NCBI RefSeq assembly: GCF_006345805.1
Contig: NC_043001.1
Location: 34,596,001-34,660,000, forward strand
DNA length: 64,000 nucleotides
Reading direction: 5' to 3'
DNA from: Octopus sinensis
Lineage: Eukaryota
The notes under the pieces were generated by a model. That model saw nothing but the letters and a program-made list of their open reading frames with translations, ran no database searches and was not told where the DNA came from. Shown in pieces: positions 53,925-64,000 of this stretch. The position numbers and the translations under genes are program-made. Position 1 is the first letter of the stretch; every line of letters starts with the position of its first letter.

Positions 53925-54410
53925 CTTACCCAGCGTACCTAGTGGTTTAGATCACCTCACACCACATCACACCACTCCATACCGCTCCACACACATTAGC
54001 ATTGGCCACTTCCCAGCACCCACACCAGATTCCATCATCTGCACACCCAAACATTACAGACGTACACACACACACGCACACATCCACGTGTCAAATTAAC
54101 TAGCCTCTATCCACACGCATACATTTACACACTCTCAAATGCACACACGCACGTGCACCTTCATTTTTGGATCACCAGTAACTTATTATCTCCCCTTCTT
54201 TCTATCACTCCTGTCCAACTACCTTTTTCCAACCAGTCGCCAAGATTAATCGATAAATCCCCAGCTTTTTTTATTCTGTCTCTGTCTATTTCCTCGTGTT
54301 CCTTTCTGTTGAAGAGCGTTGGCTCGAAATGCTAAAGACTTTCCTACTTTCCCAAGCGTCAAACGTGCTCGTTGCTTATACCACTGTCTTCGTCTTTTGT
54401 TTTTCTGTTA
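53925..54410 (+). mobile_element. Penelope-like 3' region with a variant hammerhead
   Basis: Homologous to about 61250-61650; CTTT-CTGTTGA-AGAGCGTTGGCTC-GAAA-TGCTA-AAG at 54302-54337. Confidence 0.65.
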
Positions 54411-54415
54411 ATTTC

Positions 54416-54466
<51 letters not shown>

Positions 54467-54704
54467 TATTATCTCTGTGTGTGTGACTTTGTGTCAGTAT
54501 TTGTCTCCCCAACACCGATTGACAACCGGTGTGGTGTGTTTACAACCCAGTAAAAATAGTGGTTCGGCAAAAGAAACCGATAGAATAAACATGATGCTTA
54601 AAGAAGAATACCAGTACTGGGGTCAATTCATTCGACTAAAGAATCTTCAATCAAGGCGGTGATCCAGCATGAGTGCAGTGAAATAACTGAAATGAATAAA
54701 AGAA

Positions 54705-54735
<31 letters not shown>

Positions 54736-55678
54736 GGCGGGATTGGGAATGTGGGTGTATATGTGCACACTTATTCACAGAAAGTGGTGCGGTCAACTAA
54801 ATTCCCCACGAAATTTATGTGCTTTTATATAATAATAAACGTCATAATAGCGGTGGATTGTAGAACAAAATGAATTACAGTATTTCGTCCAGTTTTAAAG
54901 TTCTGAGTTCAAATCTTGCAGGGGTTAAACGTCGGTTTTCATATACCAGCGGTTGATAAAATAAAGTAGCAGTCATGTATTGAGGTCACTGCAATCGCCT
55001 AAACTGTGTTCGGAAATTGCTGCCCTTAAGTTAGAAACAATCATCATCACCATCGGCATTGATCTTCTTGTTGTTGTTGTTGTTGTTTGTGCTCTTATTT
55101 ATTGCCGCAGCCTTTATAGTTATATAACTTCGACAGGATGTCTTTCTATGTTTCTCGAATGTCTTTTTTTTATTCTATTCTCCATTTTCTTACTTATTAT
55201 TTCTATTCTTTTTAGTACTTATAGTAGTGTTCAGATTGCTGTTGGTATTGTTGTAAATATCATCGTATATTAAGCGAAAGCAAATATATAAATGATAAAT
55301 AGATAACAACATAAAATATATTTACAACAAAATTGAAAATTTTCTACAAACGATATTAGTTTAGGCGTCCATTCAAAATAATGTCTTGAGAAGCAATTTA
55401 TGCGTGTTTATTCCCACTCGTAACTTTAATCAGCGAAGGTTACAAAATGACATTTCTATAAATCTAGTTTTTCTATCTGAACAATTTTAATTTCATTTCG
55501 AATAATATTGGCAATAATGTTTATAATTGCACGCGCGTTTATCTACACACGCTCTCGCAGACACTGCTCTCGCACGTACGCCCACATACACGTAGGCAAC
55601 ACACGAAATAGGTACTGGCAGACATACATGCCAATAGACAAACATACCCATATGTATACACACACACACATATATATA

Positions 55679-55711
<33 letters not shown>

Positions 55712-55734
55712 AATATATAGGCATCCGTATATAA

Positions 55735-55848
<114 letters not shown>

Positions 55849-57217
55849 CATACTTACATATGCATACACACGTACCCCTCCCCCATATATATATGCGACA
55901 GCATTTTCTGAGCAAGTTGAATAGCTGTTCCCGAGAAAATAGTTGATTCAATAACAGCCGTTATTGAATAAGAAAAATAATAATATCAGTCATACTATGT
56001 CTCGCTTATTTATTGAATTCTTGTCTTCCAAGAATTTTAACTTAGACCCACCACCCCTACACACACAGGCACACACACAAACACGCACGAAAAAAGATAT
56101 ATATAATAACACAAAGTACCCTAAACACTAAACCACGCAAACGTGTGGCTTCCTGGTTAGCGTGTTCTACATACGAATTTGAGACCAACTTCATTTAACG
56201 TTGATCGAGTCCTTTCAGCTGGCAAATGTTTGTAGTCCTGTGACAGATCGGGGTTATGTATACGCCATGGAATCCCGGAAACCGGCCGTATGATCCTATT
56301 GTTCGGGAACGAACTTCGATCCTTGTTTTATTATATGTTTGTGTGCATGCGTATAAACCAATTACTGCGTGTAAGACAAATATTAGGCATTCAAATACAA
56401 GCAGTCTGTAAACTTCTCTTAAACATTTATTATGTGGTGTCAATGCTTCCACATTGATTTCAACTTGGTTACTGATACGTTTATTGTGGAGAGGAGGCTC
56501 TTTTCAGTCTTGTGGGTTTTTGAATGGCTTAATATGTTAATTCAAAACTGAAACCATTTTTGTTTCAACGGAAGTACATCTCCAAAATACACACGTACAT
56601 ACATACATACATACATACATACATACATACATACCCTATGTAATATATGCATGCATACATACTGTTTTTAACTATTTTAGTCTTTAATCTTTTTTTTGTA
56701 ATTCGACTGAGGCCATGCTAGTGCATTTCATTGAATGATTTACTCAAACAAATCAACCTCAGTACTAATCTTAAATTTGCTACTTATGTTACAGAATTAT
56801 TTTTAGCGAACCGCTAAGTTAGAGAGAGAGACAGAGAGAAAGAGAGACAGGAGAGTGGGAGAGAGAGGGAGAGAAAACTAAGGGAGAGAGAAGGAAGAAG
56901 AAAGAGGGAAAGAAAGGAGGAGAGAAAACGAGGGATAGAGTGACAGGGAGAAAGAAAGAAAAAACGTAGAGACCAACACTGGTTGTATATACATATGTAT
57001 ATATCTGTTAAGTAAGGCCACTATAGATATTATGGTATGCAACCATAGATACAGTATCTACATCATAAATGACAGAATGATCACAGCAATGATACATTTC
57101 ATGAACAAACTGTTAGATCATAACTGACCTGAGGTTAAACAACAACAATCAGAAGAAATTTAGTACTTTTAATTGCTTATTAAATCTCACCGGCTGAATT
57201 TAATTACTTGGCATTTA

Positions 57218-57378
57218 TGGGAGCGTGCTTAAAAGTTCCTGGCTTTGAGTAAAAGAAAATATAATAGTTAATTATGACTTCATTCAACATATTCCCCTCA
57301 CAGATCCACACACTTATTACAGCAGTCCTTCAGTTTTTTCTAAAAGAACTTGGAATGTTGGGCCTTCAACCAGGCCTC
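57218..57378 (+). mobile_element. Mariner-type MITE, partial copy
   Basis: AAAAGTTCCTGGCTTTGAGTAAAAGAAAAT...CAACCAGGCCT, homologous to 18068-18277. Confidence 0.7.
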
Positions 57379-57530
57379 TGTGTATATGTGTGTGTGTATG
57401 TGTGTGTATGTGTGTATGTGTGTGTGTTGTGCCTGTGCGCGTGTGTCTCTTTCTTCATCTCCATATTCCTTTATTCCTGTCCTCTATGTCGTCATTTCAT
57501 TAATCTATACTCTTCTCATTTTCCCTATTT

Positions 57531-57586
57531 GTCACCGATGACGGAATATACTGTACTCTGGGATATCCTCGAAACAGCTGTAAGAC
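57531..57586 (+). ncRNA. Hammerhead motif related to 23141-23188, with a core substitution
   Basis: GTCA-CCGATGA-CGGAATAT...GATATCCTC-GAAA-CAGCTG-TA-AGAC, with a perfect palindromic stem III ACAGCTGT. Confidence 0.6.
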
Positions 57587-57714
57587 TGAGTTTTTTTTTC
57601 CAATAATAATAATAATAATAATGAATATGACTTGAGAGGTTTGCCTTGCGTTGGTGTTTGTTGTCCTCTGTAACAGTTATATATCCGCTATATCAGATAT
57701 ATAACGCCCAAAAT

Positions 57715-57875
57715 GTTTGGGGAGTGGGGTCAGTCGATTAGGTTGACCGCAGTATGTAACTGATGCTTAATTTATCCACTCCGAAAGGATGAAAGGCAAA
57801 GTCGACCTCGGCGGAATTTGAACTCAGAACGTAAAGAACAGACGACATTTCGCCCGGCGAGCTAACGTTTCTGCC
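57715..57875 (-). mobile_element. SINE family B
   Basis: GAAAGGATGAAAGGCAAAGTCGACCTCGGCGGAATTTGAACTC. Confidence 0.85.
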
Positions 57876-58664
57876 ATATTGTATTATTGGAAAGTAAATA
57901 TATAATTTCAATTCGGTTGCCATCTTTGTTCCTATTTTCCTTTTCGCTTTTCTCTTAGATCATTTCCTCTTGTTCTTCTTACATCCACCTCCCCCTGTTT
58001 CTCTCTTTCTCAATATCATCATCGTCATTATTCTTTGCCTTTCTGTTCCTTTCAAATTCTATTTCTCCTCTGTATCATCACATCACCACGACACCATTTT
58101 ATCTCTTTCTTTCTGCTCTTATTCTTTTGTAATAGTTCTTATTTAAGAGGAAACCATATTTAATAATTCAATTTCATGGAACAATATTACATTAGGCCAA
58201 ACAAATTAACTATTGTATAATTGCTATTTTCTTCCAGTTCATCTCAACTGACAAGAAAGAATAATAACGACGCGGATAAAGACTTCTAAGATACATTCTT
58301 AATAAACTCTAATGATATATTTATTATAACAATGGGAAAAATGGCAATCTGTAATTATTTGTGCCTTTATAGCTACAGTGTTCAAATTCTCTTCAGGTCT
58401 ACTTTACAATTCCTCCTTCTGGGGTCAATAAAATATGTACCAATATTTGATCGTAGATCAATATAATCGACTATGATCCAGCACCTCGCGGTATTTGATT
58501 CGGCTTTCGATATCTTAATAGCAAATTACTCTGAACTCATTTTAGACTTACACTCCTACAGGGGAGATTAAAAATAGTATCACTCAAGTAATGACTCAAT
58601 TCAGCTAACTAACCCATATCTCAAAAATTCGATCAGTGTGTATATATAGGAAGCAACCATTTTT

Positions 58665-58712
58665 TCTCTAGTTTCAGCTCAGAGCTGTGGCCATGCTGAT
58701 GCAGAATTATAT
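58665..58712 (-). mobile_element. Isolated 3' tail of the CR1-group LINE
   Basis: Minus strand GCATCAGCATGGCCACAGCTCTGAGCTGAAACTAG matches the tails at about 9470 and about 20830. Confidence 0.7.
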
Positions 58713-60719
58713 ACATGCTGATGTATATAATTCTGAAGACGGCAAAATGGCATAATCGTTTAAGGTCGGGCAAAATTCTATTCATTATATTTTCTATCAG
58801 TTACTTTCTGAGTTGTAATTCATGGTCAAATTTGCGTTTCGCTCTTTTGAGATCGATGAAATAAAGTACCTCTCGCGTATTGGAAGCAATAACGCGCTTC
58901 CCTCAAAATTGCTGATAGAATGCTGAAATTAGAAAGCTATTATTTTATATAATTCTAAGGCGGAAAATCGATAGAATTGCTCAAGTGGTGACAAAATAGT
59001 CTTGCGGTATTTTAACAGCGTTGCTTTACTTTCTGTTTGCGAATCGTGCCGGATTTGACTTTAACTTTTAATCTTCCGACCTCGATAAAATAAGTACTTT
59101 TCAAGTATAACAGATTATCTTCTGCCACTAACTATCTGACTTCTATGTCTTAGAACTGTTTATTGGCAGATGCAGTAATAAAAGTCAACACAGCTATAGT
59201 AATACGGGTTGATTTTCTGGAACCTTTGTTTCCGAAGACTTTCGGATGACGTAGTTTTTCGAACCAGGAATTGTCACTTCTAAATAAAATAATATTAAAT
59301 TTACTTAAATAATTAAATGAAGTATAGTATTAAATGAAGTGCTGCACATTATTATGAATAATACAAGTCTATTAATACTGTACTATGCAAGGTATTGTGA
59401 ATGCGGGCCACGCAGTAAAATAGTCTGGGTCGTTAGAATTTCCTGTTTCCGCTCCCAAGGGAGTGTGTATTAGAATGGTATTATGATCTAATCAGTTTCC
59501 AAAATTGTGGTTTGTTTGACACTGTATTTGGCAATGTTACTATTTATGATAGACAGAGCATATGTGGCGGAAGATGACATTCAAAGATATATGCAGAATT
59601 AAAATTAGCATCTAGAATTATGAAATTAAATTGTACATGAAATCGATATGCAAAAACCAAAAGAAATTATAAATACAATTATTGACAAATGAAAAATAGA
59701 TGCCTTTTAATATAACACGAAACAAATCAGTATTGGTTTACTTTACTATAAAGATGTAAGACTATATCATGAAATATGTTGTGAATAAAACATATAGGAA
59801 GACGTGTGCAAACCAGGCGAATAAAACTAAATATAATATATTTTCAGCAATATTATGCCAATTTAGCGTCAATGTAAATAAATTTAAGAGAATATGGGTA
59901 ATTAAATGAGAAAAAAGGCATAAAATAAGAACGAATAAGATTTACTTTATACATATTAATTTTGTGCTGTATTATTATAAATAACGAACTATATGGAATG
60001 ATATAAAAATATTCACGTAATAATGGAATTTTGATAGACATACAAGTTCTTTATCGAGTAGTATATAATGATTCGTAGTATTTTATAGCGAAATTATTCA
60101 CGAAGCAGTATGGAAATATTGATATTTCTACTCAACGCATTATTATCTATTTAGAGAGAATATAAAATAAAGGAGGAAAAAGTGAGAAGAACAATCTAAC
60201 AAGGAAAAAGGTATCGATTAACGAAATGAAACATGCCGTTATTAATTGAGGAAGTTTAGCATGCAATTCTGTATGCTAGATTATACTACAAATGAAATTT
60301 TAATGGAAAAAGAAAAAAACTAATTAACTCTTATGTCAGTTTTAAAATTTCATTTCAAGAGATGTATTTATGTATTGCGGATACGAAACGAATTTATATG
60401 TTGTCCGGGAAGATTATCTCGCTCTGTTTGTCTTCCTTTCCCATATCTTTTATCTTTTACTTACTCCAGTTAGCAGACTGCGGCTATGCTGGAGCAGCAC
60501 CTTGAAGAAACCTTTTAGGCTAATGAATCGATTCCAGTACTTATTCTATTAAAACCTGGTACTTATTCTAGCGTTATCTTTTGCCGAACGTCTAAGTTAT
60601 GGGACATAATCTCACCAACAGCGGTTGTCAAACTGTGGCGAGGGACAGAGACAGATAAAAAGACAGACAGACACACAGACATACACACATACACACTCAT
60701 GTATATGCGTGTATATATC

Positions 60720-61650
60720 CGCTCTACCGGTCACTCATTACAACACTTGTCTGTGTTCGGATTGTCCTTGCACTGGGGACATCCGGACTCCCGTCTTCGC
60801 CGTGAGCAGGGATTAGTCTTCTCTCTCCGCTCTTTTGCGCCACATGTGCTCAACTCTCCTCCCCTCTTCATTTAATTCTCCTCTTCTCTCCTCTCTTCCT
60901 CTCACACCTACTTCCTCTGACACCTACTTCCTCCCAACCACCTCTCTTCTTTTGCTCTGACACCTACTTCCTCTCTTCCCTACTACCCACCTTCTCCCTT
61001 TCACCCTCTCCCTTCATCGTCACCCCTCCCTCATTACTCCACCCTACATATTCCAACCCACCATCCCTATAAATCACATCCCACCCTCATCCTATCCCTT
61101 AGACCCCGCCCTTGCTTCCCCCACTCGCCTTCCGACACACCAATACCACCACACCACACCACACACAACACCACACCACACATCACCACACCACAAACAC
61201 CACACCACAAACACCACACCACACCACATAACACCACCCCGCACACTCTAGCATTGACTACTTCCCAGCAGCCACAGTAGCGCACACACAAGCACTGACC
61301 ACTTCCCAACACCGACACCATCATCCACACACCTAAAAATGCACACACGCACACGTCAAGGTCACCAGCCCCCTTCAACACGCATATAGACGATGCCACA
61401 TACACACGCACGTGCACATTCGTTTTGGGATCACCACTACTTTATTATCTCCCCTTCTTCCTAGCTCTCCCGTGTGACACCTTTATTCGGCATTCGCCAC
61501 GATAGATCGCTAGCCATTAAACGGTTTTCTATTTTCTCTCCCTGTTTATTTCTTTGTTCCATTCTGTCGAAGAGCGTAGGCTCGAGACGAAAAATACTTT
61601 CTCACTAATACATCTGTTTGTTGTTTCCACACTCGTCTTCGTCTTTTGTA
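60720..61650 (+). mobile_element. 5'-truncated Penelope-like element: GIY-YIG endonuclease C-terminus, 3' region and variant hammerhead
   Basis: 60720-60875 translates as RSTGHSLQHLSVFGLSLHWGHPDSRLRREQGLVFSLRSFAPHVLNSPPLFI*, matching the GHS...R..EQ..F.L...P.GLN motif. CTGTCGA-AGAGCGTAGGCTC-GAGAC lies at 61564-61588. Confidence 0.8.
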
Positions 61651-62016
61651 AATTATCACTATATATATGTATGTGTATGTGTGTGTGAGGCTTGTGTATG
61701 TGTGTGCTTGTGTGTGTGTGCGTGTTTGTGTGTGTATGTGTGTGTGTGCTTGTGTGTGTGTGCTTGTGTGTGTGTGTGTGCGTGCGTGTTTGTGTGTGCG
61801 TGTGTGTAGGTATGTATTTGTGTGTCTGTGTTTGTTCCTTCCACATCACTTGACAACCGATGTTAGTGCGTTTATGTCCCCGACACTTAGCAGTTCTGGA
61901 AATTAGACCGATAGAATAAGAACTAAGTTAACAAAGAAAAATTCCTGGGATCGATTAGTTCGAATGAAGGCGGTGCTGTAGCATGGTCGCAGTCAAAATA
62001 TCTGAAACAAGTAAAA

Positions 62017-62063
<47 letters not shown>

Positions 62064-63329
62064 TGTTGTCTACAATCTCTATGTATCTCTCTCTTTCTCT
62101 CCCTTACTATATATATATATACATATGAATATATATACCGGTGTATCCATCGTAGACAGAACTTCATTTATATATTATTACTGCCAAGTACTGGTGTATT
62201 TATATGAAATGTTTATCAAGTATAGAAAGAAATATGTGTGTCTATATCTCTTTCTCTATGTGTATACATGCGTGAAAGTGTGTGAATAATGCGCTTGCGC
62301 GTATGTTTCGGCGATCAGATATTTCCACCGCTGAATGCAATTTGTATGCACAAGGAAAGAAAATTTTCAAATTACCTGGTAATTGCCCGTCGTTTCAAAA
62401 GTATATCCCCAAAAATGCTGACAAGAGATTGTTGCTATTTCATTGCAAAGGACTCTGCTGTATATTAGATTGCCTTTCGTCATCACTATTTTATTGCAAA
62501 TTATATTTCCTCTCACTCTTCTGCTGTCAACACTACATAGAGTGCACACATAGGAATCTAAAATAGTTTATATTTCTGAGAATGCAACACGAAATTGTTA
62601 ATGATTTTGTTACCATTCCTATCCAAAACCACTTGTCAAATTCACAATAGACGTTTGATGTATAATTCTTGGGGGCAGAGAAACGCATTAGTTTTGGATT
62701 TAGAAAGCAGAATATCGATTTTAATCCATAGGTGGTCTAATGAAGACTCATTGATCTTAATAGAGCAGTAGTATTTGCCCTTTAGGGATGTTCTTCAACA
62801 TCAGATACTGACACTATAGATCTCCAGCATCTTACTGATGAATCAATTTGCTTCAGTGTTCTAAATATACACACATGTTAGTGCGCGTCTATTTAATTAA
62901 ATTTATGAAGAATCCTCAGAAGAAAGTCGCAGTTCTTTGTATTTCGGTTCGTGAATAATTGACAACGTGGAATACTCAGGTAATGGTTGATGTTAATTAA
63001 GTGTTCTCAACTTGGTACAATGGAAACTGAAGTACTATAGTAGTTTTGTAGTGGTTTCGCATCGCTTTAGTGACAGTATATTAAATTTCTCACAGATCTG
63101 TAATACGATGCTATTTTCGTTTTGAATGAACGATAGTGATATCCATACTAAAACGTTCTCAAGCAACTAACTTCTCGAAATTCCTATTAACTCTAGGAAC
63201 TAAATTGAAAATTTCGTTTTTGGCTATATTTTTCAGTGTAGATAGACCCTATATAATTTCCATGGTTAGATAAGTAATAATTATATTAACTACTTAATCT
63301 GAGATTTTTGTAGAAATATGTGACAGAAT

Positions 63330-63930
63330 GCCAGCATTTTAAGAAGCGGGTAAGTCAGTTACATTGATCCCAGTGCTCTTATTTTATAGACCCCGAAAGG
63401 ATGAAAGGCAAAGTCGACCTCGACTGAATTTGAACTCAGAACGTAAAGGCGAACGAAATACAGCTAGACATTTTGCATGGCGCGCTCACCATTCTGCCAG
63501 ATTGTCGCCTTCATTATTGCAGAAATATATCAAATTTTTGATACAAAGCCAGCTGTTTTCGGAAAGGGGCCAAATCGATTAAATCTATTCCAGTGCTCAA
63601 TTAGTACTTATCGAACTCGAAAGGCAAAGTCGACTTTGGCAGAATCTGAACTCAGAACGCAAAGACGGAGGATATCTCGCTAGCATTTATTCCTGCATGC
63701 TAAAGACTCTGCCAGCTTGTCGCCTTGATTTTTGCAAAAATATTGAATTCAAATTCTGGCTAGCTATTTTCGGAGAGGGAGGTAAGTCAATTCATCGGCC
63801 CAATACTCAACTGATACTTATTTTATCGACTCCGTAAGAATGAATGGCAAAGTCGACCTCGGCGGAATTTGAAATCAGAACGACAGGCGAACTACCACTT
63901 GGCATTTTGCCTGAAGTGCTAACGATTCGA
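63330..63930 (-). mobile_element. Three adjacent, divergent SINE family B copies
   Basis: AAGGCAAAGTCGAC...GAACTCAGAACG recurs at about 63405, 63625 and 63845. Confidence 0.8.
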
Positions 63931-64000
63931 CTTTTTTTTTTCGGAAATATTAAACTCTATTTACAGTTTCCACTAGTTACTAGCCCGTATATTACTTCTA

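Overview
AT-rich eukaryotic intergenic or intronic DNA, most likely from an octopus or other coleoid cephalopod. That assignment rests on my recall of the SINE families and on the microsatellite load. I found no convincing host protein-coding exon, tRNA, rRNA or CRISPR array. Almost all ORFs in the supplied track are read-throughs of microsatellites or SINEs. The window is a transposon graveyard. It holds two 5'-truncated CR1-group LINEs with RT ORFs (9460-11940 minus, 18600-20890 plus) and three R4/Dong-type REL-endonuclease fragments lying in or beside (TACA)n tracts. It also holds a decayed maT/DD37D-type Tc1/mariner transposase, a possible THAP/P-element-like relic, mariner/pogo/hAT MITEs, dozens of tRNA-derived SINEs from about 5 families, and Penelope-like (PLE) remnants. 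The most interesting signals are: (1) several minimal type I hammerhead ribozyme motifs, including one near-intact copy and a family sharing a non-canonical CUGUYGA core; (2) a 3' tail shared by the CR1-group LINE and the dominant SINE, with a compensatory change in its terminal stem-loop; (3) three near-perfect fold-back inverted duplications, two centred on (TA)n tracts and one on a short AT-rich spacer; (4) signs that retroelements target microsatellites. Element boundaries were read by eye and are approximate to within tens of bp unless exact motifs are quoted.
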